From NCBI GenBank assembly GCA_945612235.1, contig CALZAE010000003.1:10203-74202 (forward strand): a DNA stretch of 64,000 nucleotides, written 5' to 3'. Below are positions 28,270-41,535 of this stretch, piece after piece. Every line of letters starts with the position of its first letter. The first letter of the stretch is position 1. This DNA is from an uncultured Gammaproteobacteria bacterium. Its GTDB lineage: Bacteria > Pseudomonadota > Gammaproteobacteria > Pseudomonadales > Pseudomonadaceae. The notes under the pieces were generated by a model. It was given only the letters and a program-made list of their open reading frames with translations. It did not search any database and had not been told where the DNA came from. The translations under genes were made by a program, and so were the position numbers.

Positions 28270-29106
28270 CTACGGCTGGCTTAACGCCTGTTTAGCTAAG
28301 TTCCACAACGCATCCAACTGCGCTTCACTGCACTCGTCGAGCGCAACACCTTGCGCATGGGCTTGCTGCTCCACATGCTGTAAACGCTCAGAGAATTTAC
28401 TGTTGGCCGCACGCAAAGCACTTTCAGGGTTGATGTTGAGATGACGCGCGACGTTGACCGTGGCAAAGAGCAAGTCACCCAGCTCTTCACTGATGGCCGC
28501 AACTTCGCCACTGGCAATCGCCTCGCGCACTTCTTGCAGCTCTTCATCCACCTTGGCCAAGACTGGGGGTAAGCTCTGCCAATCAAAGCCTGCACTGGAC
28601 GCACGCTTTTGAATTTTTAAGGCTCGGCTAAGTGCCGGCAAACCCAAAGGAATATCTGCCAGCACACTGACCTGCTGCTCAGGCTCAGCCAACTCAGCAC
28701 GCTCTTGTTGCTTAATCTCTTCCCAGCGCTCTTTCACCTGCGCGCTATTGATATGTGCTGCCTGCACTCGGCCTCGTAATTGCCCATCAGGAAACACATG
28801 CGGATGCCGGCGTACTAATTTCTCGGTAATGCTGTGCACTACAGTGGAGAAATCAAACAGTTGCTGCTCAACACCGAACTGACTGTAATACACCACCTGA
28901 AACAACAAGTCGCCTAACTCGCTGGGCAAATGGGCGAAATCTTCACGTTCAATGGCATCGGCCACTTCGTAGGCTTCTTCGAGGGTGTGCGGCACGATGC
29001 TAGCAAAATCCTGCTGTAAATCCCACGGACAGCCGCCCTCAGGCTCACGTAAACGCGCCATGAGATAGAGTAGATCCTCGAGCTGATATTGGCTATTGTC
29101 AGTCAT
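28270..29106 (-). CDS. mazG: Nucleoside triphosphate pyrophosphohydrolase
   Basis: GCPWD, EEAYEV, ELGDLLFQ, KLVRRHPHVF, second EELGDLLF. Confidence 0.96.
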   Translation of the reverse strand: MTDNSQYQLEDLLYLMARLREPEGGCPWDLQQDFASIVPHTLEEAYEVADAIEREDFAHLPSELGDLLFQVVYYSQFGVEQQLFDFSTVVHSITEKLVRRHPHVFPDGQLRGRVQAAHINSAQVKERWEEIKQQERAELAEPEQQVSVLADIPLGLPALSRALKIQKRASSAGFDWQSLPPVLAKVDEELQEVREAIASGEVAAISEELGDLLFATVNVARHLNINPESALRAANSKFSERLQHVEQQAHAQGVALDECSEAQLDALWNLAKQALSQP

Positions 29107-30917
29107 AGTTCAACCTCATCAACCGGCTCATCCTCTTGAAACTGCGTAGCATGTAAACGGGTGTAGTAGCCGTTTTGCGCAAGCAACTCTTGGTGATTTC
29201 CGCGCTCAACAATGCGGCCTTGATCCATGACTAGAATCAAATCAGCCTTTTCAATAGTCGATAAACGGTGGGCGATCACAATAGTGGTACGGCCTTGTAC
29301 CGCATGGTCGAGCGCCGCTTGAATATGACGCTCAGATTCAGTATCTAAGGCTGAAGTCGCTTCATCGAGAATCAACAATGGCGCGTCTTTTAACAAGGCA
29401 CGGGCAATGGCTATCCGCTGACGTTGACCACCGGAGAGCAACACACCGTTTTCACCCACCAAAGTGTCATAACCTTGCGGCATACGCTCAATAAACTCGG
29501 CAGCGTAAGCGGCTTCAGCAGCAACCTTAATTTCATCCAGCGAGGCATCAGCTAAATCACCATAGGCAATGTTTTTCGCTACGGTATCGTTAAATAACGA
29601 CACTTGCTGCGTCACTAAAGCAATATGGCGACGCAAGTTGGTCAGCGTAAAGGTTTCTACCGCAGTGTCATCCAGCAGAATTTGCCCCTGCTGATGCTCA
29701 TAAAAACGCGGAATCAAATTGGCCAAAGTCGATTTACCACTGCCTGAGCGCCCAACCAAAGCGACCATTTGGCCCTTCTGCGCGGTAAAGCTAATATCTT
29801 GCAGCACAGGCGTTGCGGTATTGGGATAGGTAAAGGTTAAGTCACGCACCTCAAGCTTGCCACCCACTTGCTGGATTTGTGTGGTACCGCAATCGTTTTC
29901 TGGCTCTTCATCGAGCTGCTCAAAAATGCTTTCCGCCCCCGAAACACCTTTTTGAATAGTAGAACTGACTTCAGAAAGCTGACGAATCGGCTTAGGTAAC
30001 AAACCTGCCAAGGTAATATAAGCAACTAAATCACCTGGCGAAGACTCACCGCGCAACAGCAATACCAAAAACAACAACACCGACATCGCCGAGTAAATCA
30101 CTAACTGCAAGGATGGTGTGTACACAGCGTTGGTTTTAATCATGCGCAATTGCTTTTCAGTATTACTGATACTGGAATCCAGAAAACGCTTGCGCTCATA
30201 GGGCTCGCCACCAAAGCTGCGCACCACACGATAACTTTGAATGGTTTCCGAGGCGATATGGGTTACATCGCCCATCGCCACTTGAATTTTTTTACTTTGC
30301 TTGCGAAATTTTTTACTGGTGCTGCTGACCATCAAGGCGATAATTGGCAAAATCGCCACCATCACCAAAGTCAACTTCCAGTTCATCCACAATAAAGTGG
30401 CAAACAAGAACACCACCGTCATGCCTTCACGCACAATCACCTTAATCGCGTCCGTGGCCGCACCAGTGACCATAGTGACGTTGTAGGTGATACGGGAAAT
30501 CAAATGCCCAGAGTTGTGGTTATCAAAGTAACGATTGGGCAAGGTCAACAAATTATTAAACAATTGCACACGCAAATCATGCACTAAACCCAGTGATACT
30601 TTAGCCAGATAAAAGTTACCCAAAAACGAGCCAATTCCCTGCCACAGCGCAATCACCACAATCAGCAAAGGCACGGCTTGCAGCAAGCGCACATCGGCGA
30701 GCCAAGGCACATTTGGAAATAACACTGCTTCAGGATTGGCCAAGCCATCCACGAAATACTTCAACACATAGCCGAGCATCGGTGAAGTAGAGGCAAAGAT
30801 TAAAAAACCAATGATACTGATAATAAACATGCCGATGTACGGCTTGATATACCCCAGTAAACGAAAATAGATTTTAACCCCAGAGATGCTTTCACTCTGC
30901 TGTTGTTCTGTACTCAT
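29103..30917 (-). CDS. msbA: Lipid A-core flippase ABC transporter
   Basis: TM domain plus GRSGSGKST, LSGGQRQR, DEATSALD; Pseudomonas-type N-terminus KIYFRLL. Confidence 0.92.
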   Translation of the reverse strand: MSTEQQQSESISGVKIYFRLLGYIKPYIGMFIISIIGFLIFASTSPMLGYVLKYFVDGLANPEAVLFPNVPWLADVRLLQAVPLLIVVIALWQGIGSFLGNFYLAKVSLGLVHDLRVQLFNNLLTLPNRYFDNHNSGHLISRITYNVTMVTGAATDAIKVIVREGMTVVFLFATLLWMNWKLTLVMVAILPIIALMVSSTSKKFRKQSKKIQVAMGDVTHIASETIQSYRVVRSFGGEPYERKRFLDSSISNTEKQLRMIKTNAVYTPSLQLVIYSAMSVLLFLVLLLRGESSPGDLVAYITLAGLLPKPIRQLSEVSSTIQKGVSGAESIFEQLDEEPENDCGTTQIQQVGGKLEVRDLTFTYPNTATPVLQDISFTAQKGQMVALVGRSGSGKSTLANLIPRFYEHQQGQILLDDTAVETFTLTNLRRHIALVTQQVSLFNDTVAKNIAYGDLADASLDEIKVAAEAAYAAEFIERMPQGYDTLVGENGVLLSGGQRQRIAIARALLKDAPLLILDEATSALDTESERHIQAALDHAVQGRTTIVIAHRLSTIEKADLILVMDQGRIVERGNHQELLAQNGYYTRLHATQFQEDEPVDEVEL

Positions 30918-30976
30918 GTTGTTTAAATCTCAATAATGGGTGATGCATTTTAACATGCAGGTCGGCCACTGCATGG

Positions 30977-31681
30977 CTACCAACCCAAGGCTTCCTTTAA
31001 AAAAGGAATGGTGAGTTTACGCTGTGCTTGCAAGGAGGCAGTATCGAGTTGCTCTAAAGTATCAAAGAGCACGGTCATACTGCGCACTGAACGGGCTAAA
31101 ATAAAACGCCCCACATCATCAGACAAACGCAAACCGCGTCGCGAAGCACGCAACTGTAAGGCGCGTAGTTTTTCATCATCACTGAGCTCATGCAGCTGAA
31201 AAATCAGCGCTAAACTCAAGCGTGATTGTAAGTCAGGTAGTTTAATCGGCAATTTACGCGGCGGCGCATCAGCAGCAATCAGTAGTTGCTTACCCGCGTC
31301 ACGCAAACGGTTAAAGGCATGGAATAACGCCTCCTCCCACTCTGGCTGGCCCAATACGGCCTCTACGTCATCCAGACAGACCAAATCACAAAACTCAACA
31401 TTATCCAGTAACTGTGTGCCGTATTTAGCTAGATCGGCTAACGGCAAATATAATGCCCGACCACCACGCTCCTCAACGCGTAAGCAGGCCGCTTGCAATA
31501 AGTGACTGCGGCCCGAACCTGCACTCCCCCAAATATAGAGCAAGCTATCCAACCAGCGGTCTTCAGCTTCACAGGCATGCTCAACATAGCCTAAGGTCAC
31601 CGCATTAGCGCCGGGGTAGTAATTGGCAAAGGTGGCATCATCACGCAGACGCACACCTAAGGATAATTGGGTTGGTTTCAT
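30977..31681 (-). CDS. hda: DnaA regulatory inactivator Hda
   Basis: QLSL clamp-binding motif, GSGRSHLL, CLDD, DLQSRL, LTIPFLKEAL. Confidence 0.96.
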   Translation of the reverse strand: MKPTQLSLGVRLRDDATFANYYPGANAVTLGYVEHACEAEDRWLDSLLYIWGSAGSGRSHLLQAACLRVEERGGRALYLPLADLAKYGTQLLDNVEFCDLVCLDDVEAVLGQPEWEEALFHAFNRLRDAGKQLLIAADAPPRKLPIKLPDLQSRLSLALIFQLHELSDDEKLRALQLRASRRGLRLSDDVGRFILARSVRSMTVLFDTLEQLDTASLQAQRKLTIPFLKEALGW

Positions 31682-32817
31682 GTCGATTCATTTCTCGGCT
31701 GATCACAAGTGTCAACTTGCTCATCCGCACAAGGACTAACGGGCTCGCAGCTCTCAATGGGCTGCCCATACATATCTGATTCTTTATAGAGCTCATGAGC
31801 ATGTCTGAGCAGGACCATAATCACTGCAGCGACCGGCAAAGCTAAAAGCACGCCAGTAAAGCCAAACAATTGGCCACCGGCTAAAATAGCAAAGATCACC
31901 GCCACTGGATGTAAACCAATACGATCACCGACTAATAATGGCGTTAGCAGCATACCTTCAAGCATCTGTCCCAGCGTAAACACCGCCACAATACCCATCA
32001 GCGGGTACCATTCAACGCCAAACTGAAACAGACCAGCAACCAAGGCCGCACTGATACCCACCACAAAGCCTAAGTAGGGTACTAAGCTGGCTAAACCGGC
32101 TAATAAACCGATCAATAAACCCAACTCCAAGCCTAGACTCATTAACCCTACAGCGTAGACCACACCCAGCGCCAGCATGACTAACAACTGCCCGCGCATA
32201 AAAGCACCAAGCACTTCGTGGCACTCATTAAACAACATCACGGTTATTTTTTCTTTACTGCGCGGCAGCAAACGCCGGGCTTTAGCCACCAAAATATCCC
32301 AGTCCCGCAACAAGTAGAAAGTCACTACCGGAATCAACAAAAAATTGGTCAGCCAGCCTAAAAAAGCCAAACCCGAAGCCGTTACATGGCGCAATAAAAG
32401 CTGCACAACATCGGTGGTTTTATCCATATTTTCAGCAAACATCTCTTTAATTTCATTGAGACTGCTTAAATTAGCATGAATACCTAAGCGTGTTTGCAGC
32501 CAAGGTAATGCACTGCTTTGCAACCAATCAATCAGCTGTGGCGTCACCTCAAACAAGCGCACGAGTTGGCGGCCAATCATGGGGATGAGCACCAACAGCA
32601 TGATTAGTAAAATCAGGCTCAGTAACACAAAAACCAAAACCACTCCCCAAGTACGCGATATTTTATAGCGCTCTAAAAGATCAACAATGGGGTCGCCCAT
32701 GTAGGCCAGTAAAATACTGACTAAAAAAGGCGTTAGAATCGGCAGCAGTAAGTACAAGGTTAGCAGTGCTAAACCCAACATGCCCAACAGCAACCAACTC
32801 TTAAGGTTTTGCGTCAT
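31678..32817 (-). CDS. AI-2E family transporter (PerM-like)
   Basis: VPYLG, LTPLLVGDRIGLHPVAVIFA, GVLLALP. Confidence 0.9.
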   Translation of the reverse strand: MTQNLKSWLLLGMLGLALLTLYLLLPILTPFLVSILLAYMGDPIVDLLERYKISRTWGVVLVFVLLSLILLIMLLVLIPMIGRQLVRLFEVTPQLIDWLQSSALPWLQTRLGIHANLSSLNEIKEMFAENMDKTTDVVQLLLRHVTASGLAFLGWLTNFLLIPVVTFYLLRDWDILVAKARRLLPRSKEKITVMLFNECHEVLGAFMRGQLLVMLALGVVYAVGLMSLGLELGLLIGLLAGLASLVPYLGFVVGISAALVAGLFQFGVEWYPLMGIVAVFTLGQMLEGMLLTPLLVGDRIGLHPVAVIFAILAGGQLFGFTGVLLALPVAAVIMVLLRHAHELYKESDMYGQPIESCEPVSPCADEQVDTCDQPRNEST

Positions 32818-32835
32818 GGTCTGTACTCTTATAAA

Positions 32836-33834
32836 TTACCAGCTGAAATACAGCATTTTCGTACCTGAGTGAGCAGGTGCAGGATTGGCAGCATCTGCAG
32901 CGGAGCGCTCTTGCACATCAGCTAAAGCCAATTGTGTACGCAGTTGCTCAACACTGCTGTGCACTTGCCACTGCACATATTCATCGTTGACTTCATATAA
33001 CGTGGCCGCAAAGGGTTCGAGCAAACGCTCAAGCAATACAAAACGCTCTAAATCAACACCCGCCACCCGAATACTTAATGACTCACCTTCGCCTGGTTTG
33101 ACGGCAAAGCGTTCGGCCAAATACTGATTAACCTGAGTGAACACATCACGGGCTAACGCCTCTTGTGAGTCAGCAGTGGCTGCGCCCTTGTGTAACTCCT
33201 CACCGAGCCACAGATGCCACTGTGCTGAAAATTCATCAGTAGCAAGTGCTTGCTGCACTAACAACACAGCATCCGCAGTGTAACGCTCAGCCGATGCTCG
33301 TAATTTATCACTGTTACTCAATGGATCACTGCCAATCAGCAACTGATCACTTAAGTCACCCAGCGGAAAGCGCGCGGGAACACCTGCATATTGCGCTGCG
33401 GCATGGATTTTCTGAGCGTTAGATTGGCCGTCGCTGATCAAGCGCATGCCGTTGAGATCATCCACCAACCACCAAGCTAACACCACTGGGCGACTGCTAT
33501 CCCAAACCGGTAAATTGGCATCTTGCAAAGCCGATTGCACACTGCTTGGATCAAACTCCACGATCAAGGTATTGCCTTCATAACCATAACGACTGATTAA
33601 TGCTTGTGGATCAGCAACATACCCAGCCAAGTCTGCCGACTCACTGATAGTGGATTTGCCAGTTAAGCGCTGCACCAAGGCGATAAAAGCCTGCTGCAAC
33701 CCCGCATCACGTACATCGCTGTCTTGACTGTCCAGCTCTTCACGCACCTGATACAAAGCAGACACAGGTTCAGCATGGCTGCTGGCCATCACTAAAGACA
33801 TTACTAGTGCAACCAAACCTATAAAAAATCGCAT
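32836..33834 (-). CDS. DUF2066 family exported protein
   Basis: Signal peptide, LYQVRE, LVQRLTG, LPVWDSSRP, PLGDLSD; usual position upstream of perM-hda. Confidence 0.85.
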   Translation of the reverse strand: MRFFIGLVALVMSLVMASSHAEPVSALYQVREELDSQDSDVRDAGLQQAFIALVQRLTGKSTISESADLAGYVADPQALISRYGYEGNTLIVEFDPSSVQSALQDANLPVWDSSRPVVLAWWLVDDLNGMRLISDGQSNAQKIHAAAQYAGVPARFPLGDLSDQLLIGSDPLSNSDKLRASAERYTADAVLLVQQALATDEFSAQWHLWLGEELHKGAATADSQEALARDVFTQVNQYLAERFAVKPGEGESLSIRVAGVDLERFVLLERLLEPFAATLYEVNDEYVQWQVHSSVEQLRTQLALADVQERSAADAANPAPAHSGTKMLYFSW

Positions 33835-34213
33835 ATGTACTCTCTCTAACGATTGAATCGAGCTCAGCCACTAAGCTTAAACAGCACCAAAACTGACTGC
33901 AACTGCTGGTTGCACGGTGCTGCACAATGACTGCTATGTCACGGGCTAGCTAGCATATAACCCGTCATTTTAAATTTCGAGACCACACTCAGTGATCTAT
34001 GCCGTGTCGTAATAGAACGCACAAAGCGAAAAACGATTCATTCTCTCAGCTAAAAACTTGGTTTAGCGACACTATTGGGCCGATAAACCACATATCATTG
34101 AGCCTATAAAACGCTTAGACCAATAGCAATAAAGCCAAATCCAACAGTGCAACGACTTAGGCTGCCTCACTGCTGGGAATTGGCTTTAATGCAAGTGCAC
34201 ACTCACAATAGCA

Positions 34214-35305
34214 CTAAGACTTATGCGGGCGTGCTAAAAACTCATGGGATTGCATTTCTAACAAACGACTGAGTGTGCGCTGGAACTCAAACTGCAAGCG
34301 GTTACCCACATACAAGTCTTTGAGTGGCACTTGCGCAGAAATAATCAGCTTAATACTGCGGTCGTAAAACTCATCGACCAAATTGATAAAGCGACGTGCA
34401 ATGTCTTCGTTGCTGGTATTCATTTGCTCTACGTTCGACAAAATAATCGCGCTATAGACTTTACCCAACTCAATATAGTCATTCTGACTGCGCGGACCAT
34501 CACACAAAGCACGAAAGTCAAACCACGCCACATCGTTACCGATCTTACGCGCGACAATGGTGCGATTCTCTACGGTTAGGGGCTCGTTTTCAAGGATTTT
34601 GCAGTTGTCTAATAATAAGCTGCGAAAGCTTTTATCCAGCTCAATCTCAACTTCAGGCGTCAAGGGATAGTGATACAGCTCAGCCTGTTCAAGTGCGCGC
34701 AAGCGGTAATCAATACCACTGTCCACATTGACTATCTCGGTATGCTCTTTAAGCAAGGCAATCGCTGGCAAGAAGCGCGCACGCTGTAAGCCGTCTTTAT
34801 ACAGACCATCAGGCACAATATTTGAAGTTGCAACCAGGCTGACACCGTTTTTAAACAGCTCTTCGAGTAAACCTGCCAAGATCATTGCATCAGTGATGTC
34901 GGTGACAAAGAACTCATCGAAACAAATCACCCGCGCTTCTTTAGCAAAACGCTCAGCGACAATCACCAGTGGATTTTTTTCACCGTCAAGGGTGCGCAAC
35001 TCTTCATGCACACGCTTCATAAAACGGTGAAAGTGCGTGCGCATTTTCTGCTCAAAGGGCAGCGCATCGAAGAAGGTATCCACTAAATAGGTCTTGCCGC
35101 GCCCCACACCACCCCAAAAATACAAACCTTTAATGGGCTGGTTAGACTTCTTACCCAGCAAACGGCTGAACAAACCGCTGCTGGGCGGACCTGTCACTAA
35201 GTCGTCATACAGACGCTGCAAATGACGCACAGCATTTTCTTGTGCAGCATCGCGGAAAAAGTCCGGGCGCTGTAAATCCTGTTGATAGCATTCTAGTGGT
35301 GTCAT
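34214..35305 (-). CDS. zapE: AFG1/ZapE family ATPase
   Basis: GLYFWGGVGRGKT, CFDEFFV, ATSN, RRFINLVDEFYD; start taken as ATG 35305. Confidence 0.95.
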   Translation of the reverse strand: MTPLECYQQDLQRPDFFRDAAQENAVRHLQRLYDDLVTGPPSSGLFSRLLGKKSNQPIKGLYFWGGVGRGKTYLVDTFFDALPFEQKMRTHFHRFMKRVHEELRTLDGEKNPLVIVAERFAKEARVICFDEFFVTDITDAMILAGLLEELFKNGVSLVATSNIVPDGLYKDGLQRARFLPAIALLKEHTEIVNVDSGIDYRLRALEQAELYHYPLTPEVEIELDKSFRSLLLDNCKILENEPLTVENRTIVARKIGNDVAWFDFRALCDGPRSQNDYIELGKVYSAIILSNVEQMNTSNEDIARRFINLVDEFYDRSIKLIISAQVPLKDLYVGNRLQFEFQRTLSRLLEMQSHEFLARPHKS

Positions 35306-35392
35306 GATAAGTCTCGACCCGACAGATAAAACGGGGCAACACTTTAACCACGCCACCCACAATTGGCAATCATCCAAGCCATATTTAAAGCT

Positions 35393-36454
35393 CTAACCCG
35401 CGCGGCGTAGCAACCAAAAACCTAGGCCAGCGCACACCAATGCAGGCAAAGCGACAGCCACAATTGGCGCAAAACCAAAGACTAAGCTGGCAGGACCAAG
35501 CAAATCTTGTGCTATGCGAAAGACAAACCCCACCACCACGCCGGTAAATACGCGCTGCCCCAATGTGACTGAGCGCAGCGGCCCAAAGACGAAGGATACC
35601 GCCATCAGCACCAGCGCTGCAGTGACTAAAGGCTGTAAAATCTTGACCCAAAACGCCAACCAATAACGATCTGCATTGAGCCCCTGCTCGTTTAAGTAAT
35701 GCGAATACTCCCACAAACCACTGATCGGTAAAGTATCAGGCTCCATGATGACGGTATTGAGTAATTGCGGGCTGATTTCAACATCCCAGCGCTCACTGGC
35801 CGCTTGTGTAATACTGCTACTGCGCTCTTGCAAGTGGGTGTACACCACATCTTCAAGCTGCCAATAACCATCTTGATACAAGGCTTGCTGAGCAAAACTG
35901 GAACTCAATAGTCGCTGCTGATCGTCAATCACATAACGCGTCACCCCAATTAACTTACCACCGGGTTGCACCGCGTTGACATGAATATATTCCTGACCTT
36001 GGCGGTGCCACAAACCATGTTTCGAGCTTTGCGCCTTACCTACCGACTGTGCCAGCGCACGATTAGCTTGGGCAACACTGGACGTCCAAGGCGCAAGATA
36101 CTCACCCACCAGCACGCCCAGCAACATCAGCACCAGCATCGGCTTCATCACCGCCCACACAATACGACGAATCGACACCCCTGCGGCCCGAATCACCGTC
36201 AATTCACTGTTACTGGCTAATGCGCCTAGCCCCACTAAACAGCCAATCAACGCAGCCATAGGCAACATGTCATAGACGCGACGTGGCGTGGTGAGCAACA
36301 CATAATGCGCAGCCCCCCAAATGGTGTAAGCATCATCAATGTCATTGAGCTCATCAATAAAAGCGAATAGCAAGGCTAAGCCAGTAATGATCCCCAGCAC
36401 GGCGACAATCGCTACAAAAACACTGCTACCAATATAGCGATCGAGCCTACGCAT
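35393..36454 (-). CDS. lptG: LPS export ABC permease LptG
   Basis: LDRYIG, LASNSELTVIRAAGVS, FGPLRSVTLGQR. Confidence 0.95.
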   Translation of the reverse strand: MRRLDRYIGSSVFVAIVAVLGIITGLALLFAFIDELNDIDDAYTIWGAAHYVLLTTPRRVYDMLPMAALIGCLVGLGALASNSELTVIRAAGVSIRRIVWAVMKPMLVLMLLGVLVGEYLAPWTSSVAQANRALAQSVGKAQSSKHGLWHRQGQEYIHVNAVQPGGKLIGVTRYVIDDQQRLLSSSFAQQALYQDGYWQLEDVVYTHLQERSSSITQAASERWDVEISPQLLNTVIMEPDTLPISGLWEYSHYLNEQGLNADRYWLAFWVKILQPLVTAALVLMAVSFVFGPLRSVTLGQRVFTGVVVGFVFRIAQDLLGPASLVFGFAPIVAVALPALVCAGLGFWLLRRAG

Positions 36455-37571
36455 GTTGTGTCTCCTTGTTGGCCCGCAAGCGCGCTCGACGCAGTTGCAA
36501 CGGCTGCCAATACACCAGCACTAAACCAATGATTAAAAATATAGCGTGCACAGGCCATAAACCCAGCTCAATGGGCAACTGACCTTTATCCAAGGCACTG
36601 CGCGCAGCCACTAATAAGGCTAAATAAGACATATACAATAAAATGGCGGGCAATAATTTAAGGAAGCGGCCTTGGCGTGGGTTCACTCGCGATAAAGGTA
36701 CTGCGATTAAGGTTACGATTAAGACTAAAATCGGAAAAGATAAGCGCCACTGCAATTCAGATTGCATGCGCACATCAGGATTGCCCAACAACTCGCGAGT
36801 GGCGATGGTTTCACGCTCGCCCATTTTCACCTCAACCGAAGGCTTAGGCAGCAACACACCGTAAGTTTCATACTGAATCACTCGGTAATCAGCTTCACCT
36901 GGGGTACCGTCATAGCGATAACCATCTTGTAAAATCAAATAGCGACTGCCATCTGCTTGAATTTCTTGTCGTCCAGTTTTTGCGATCAACACCGTAATAG
37001 CCTCATCCACATCACTGCCGGCACGCGTTGGGCGCTTTTCTGAGATAAACACATTGCGCAGTTCATCACGACCACTGGATAATTCTTGCGTATAAGTCAC
37101 ACGTGAGCCGCCACGCAGCGACTGAAAGCGCCCCGGCACCAAGGTGTCAAATTCAGTCAAAGCATCTTGCTCACTGAAAATACGCGCCACACTTTGCACA
37201 CCTTGCGGAGCCACATAAAAGCTTAGCCAAGCAGTGATCAGGGCCACAAAAAAAGCAGGCACTAAGGTATAAGATAATAAGCGCTGCTCACTCATTCCCG
37301 TGGCAGTCAGCACTGTCATCTCACTTTCCAGATATAAGCGCCCATAAGCGAGCAAGATGCCTAAAAACAGCCCCAAGGGTAAAATCAGTTGCAAAAAACC
37401 GGGAATGCGATAGCCCATAATCATCAGCAGCACGCCGGGGTCGAGCACACCTTGCGCTGCTTGCGCCAGATATTTAATAAAGCGCCCGCTCATAATAATC
37501 ACAAGCAGAACCGCACTGACGGCACTAAAGGTCAGTAAAACTTCGCGAGAAAGATAACGAAAAACTATCAA
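36447..37571 (-). CDS. lptF: LPS export ABC permease LptF
   Basis: IVFRYLSRE, GRLYLESEM, SELQWR, VNPRQGR. Confidence 0.95.
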   Translation of the reverse strand: MIVFRYLSREVLLTFSAVSAVLLVIIMSGRFIKYLAQAAQGVLDPGVLLMIMGYRIPGFLQLILPLGLFLGILLAYGRLYLESEMTVLTATGMSEQRLLSYTLVPAFFVALITAWLSFYVAPQGVQSVARIFSEQDALTEFDTLVPGRFQSLRGGSRVTYTQELSSGRDELRNVFISEKRPTRAGSDVDEAITVLIAKTGRQEIQADGSRYLILQDGYRYDGTPGEADYRVIQYETYGVLLPKPSVEVKMGERETIATRELLGNPDVRMQSELQWRLSFPILVLIVTLIAVPLSRVNPRQGRFLKLLPAILLYMSYLALLVAARSALDKGQLPIELGLWPVHAIFLIIGLVLVYWQPLQLRRARLRANKETQHA

Positions 37572-37697
37572 GTAGAGGCTCCAAGCTTGTCAAAACCGCT
37601 CATCGCGGCTCACACTAGTCATACAAATTATGGCAGTGTACACACACGCCGATGCAAACGATGGGTATTATCCTGCATCTATTCACCTTTGTCTTGA

Positions 37698-39613
<1,916 letters not shown>

Positions 39614-39794
39614 GCCAACACAACCTCTGACCATGCCTTATTTAAGGCCCTTTGGGTGCTGTGTTAACGCTCATCTGTATTCTTTTTCTAGTTTTAACCA
39701 CACTTTTCGCTGCAACAATGGCCGCTCGGCCGGAAGCCTGATAAAATCGCGCAATTAAACATATTTTTCGCATTCTTCGCAAAGGCCCCAATTC

Positions 39795-40856
39795 ATGAGC
39801 AACAATAAAACTTCTTTAAGCTACAAGGACGCTGGTGTTGATATCGACGCTGGTGAAGCACTCGTTGAACGCATTAAAGGCGTTGCTAAACGCACAGCCC
39901 GTCCTGAAGTACTGGGTGGCTTGGGCGGCTTTGGTGCTTTATGTGAGATTCCAGAAGGTTATAAAAAGCCCGTTTTAGTATCGGGCACTGATGGTGTGGG
40001 TACTAAACTGCGCCTCGCCATTGATCTAAACAAGCATGAGAAAATTGGTATTGATCTGGTTGCTATGTGCGTTAACGACCTGATTGTCAGCGGTGCTGAA
40101 CCTCTGTTTTTCCTTGATTACTACGCCACAGGCAAGCTCAACGTTGATATCGCTGCGCAGGTTGTCACCGGTATTGGCGAAGGTTGCGAGCAAGCAGGTT
40201 GTGCGCTGGTCGGCGGTGAAACTGCAGAAATGCCTGGCATGTACACGGGTGAAGATTACGACTTAGCTGGCTTTTGTGTCGGCGTAGTTGAAAAAGAAGA
40301 AATCATTGATGGCACTCAAGTTGCTGCAGGTGATGTTTTAATTGCTCTGCCCTCTTCCGGCCCACACTCCAATGGTTATTCTTTGATTCGTAAAATCATT
40401 GAAGTATCTAAAGCTGATATTCAAACAATAGAGTTGGACGGTAAAGCGCTCAGTGACTTACTGATGGAGCCGACGCGCATCTACGTGAAGCCGCTGTTGA
40501 AGCTGATCAAAGAAACCGGCGCAGTTAAAGCTATGTCACACATCACCGGTGGTGGTTTAGTGGAAAACATTCCACGTGTGCTGCCAACCAACTCACAAGC
40601 CGTGATTGATGTGGCGAGCTGGACCCGTCCTGCCGTCTTTGACTGGTTACAAGAGCAGGGTAACGTTGCAGAAGTTGAAATGCACCGCGTGCTCAACTGT
40701 GGCGTTGGTATGGTGATCTGTGTTGCACCTGAGCAACAAGCCACTGTGCTTGAGCACTTACAAGCTGCAGGCGAGCAACCATGGGTGATTGGTCATATCC
40801 AAGCTGCAGAAGAAAACGCTGAGCGCATTATTCTTAACAACTTAAAAAGCCATTAA
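39795..40856 (+). CDS. purM: Phosphoribosylformylglycinamidine cyclo-ligase
   Basis: [37 protein letters not shown]. Confidence 0.98.
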   Translation: MSNNKTSLSYKDAGVDIDAGEALVERIKGVAKRTARPEVLGGLGGFGALCEIPEGYKKPVLVSGTDGVGTKLRLAIDLNKHEKIGIDLVAMCVNDLIVSGAEPLFFLDYYATGKLNVDIAAQVVTGIGEGCEQAGCALVGGETAEMPGMYTGEDYDLAGFCVGVVEKEEIIDGTQVAAGDVLIALPSSGPHSNGYSLIRKIIEVSKADIQTIELDGKALSDLLMEPTRIYVKPLLKLIKETGAVKAMSHITGGGLVENIPRVLPTNSQAVIDVASWTRPAVFDWLQEQGNVAEVEMHRVLNCGVGMVICVAPEQQATVLEHLQAAGEQPWVIGHIQAAEENAERIILNNLKSH

Positions 40857-41524
40857 TGACCGACTCAATTTCATTAGCGTCAAAGCCATGCAATATTGTA
40901 GTCCTGATCTCCGGATCAGGCAGCAACTTACAAGCCATTATCGATGACTTAGCCCAGCACCCCACTGCACGCATCTGTGCAGTGGTCAGCAATCGTGCCG
41001 ATGCTTATGGCTTGGTACGCGCTCAACGGGCCGGCATTGCTCAGCATGTGCTCAATCATAAAGACTTTGCTGATCGCTTAGCCTTTGATAAGGCTTTGAT
41101 GGCTGTGATTGATCAACACCAACCCGACTTAGTGGTGCTCGCAGGCTTTATGCGTATTCTCACCCCTGAGTTTACCCGTCACTATGCGCAGCGCTTACTC
41201 AATATTCACCCATCCTTGCTACCTAAGCACAAGGGCCTCAACACTCATCAGCGCGCCATTGATGAGGGTGATCAAGAGCATGGTTGTAGCGTGCACTTTG
41301 TCACTGAGGAACTCGATGGCGGCCCAGTAGTCATACAAGCAGCATTGCCAATTCAATCTGGCGAGACAGCAGAAGATTTAGCGCTTAAAGTGCATGCTTT
41401 AGAGCACCAAATTTATCCGCTGGCTGTACGTTGGTTTGCTGAGGGTCGCTTACAGTTAAGCGAGCAAGGTGCTGTACTGGATGGTCAACACTTAGCCAAC
41501 TCTGGCTTTCAGTTTCACTCTTAG
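40856..41524 (+). CDS. purN: Phosphoribosylglycinamide formyltransferase
   Basis: ISGSGSNLQA, LAGFMRIL, NIHPSLLP, HFVTEELDGGP. Confidence 0.97.
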   Translation: MTDSISLASKPCNIVVLISGSGSNLQAIIDDLAQHPTARICAVVSNRADAYGLVRAQRAGIAQHVLNHKDFADRLAFDKALMAVIDQHQPDLVVLAGFMRILTPEFTRHYAQRLLNIHPSLLPKHKGLNTHQRAIDEGDQEHGCSVHFVTEELDGGPVVIQAALPIQSGETAEDLALKVHALEHQIYPLAVRWFAEGRLQLSEQGAVLDGQHLANSGFQFHS

Positions 41525-41535
41525 GAGAACACACT

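Noticed and set aside
37620-37642. CATACA-N11-TGTACA between lptF and pepA as a LitR site
   Set aside because: Mismatch, wrong spacing and housekeeping context.
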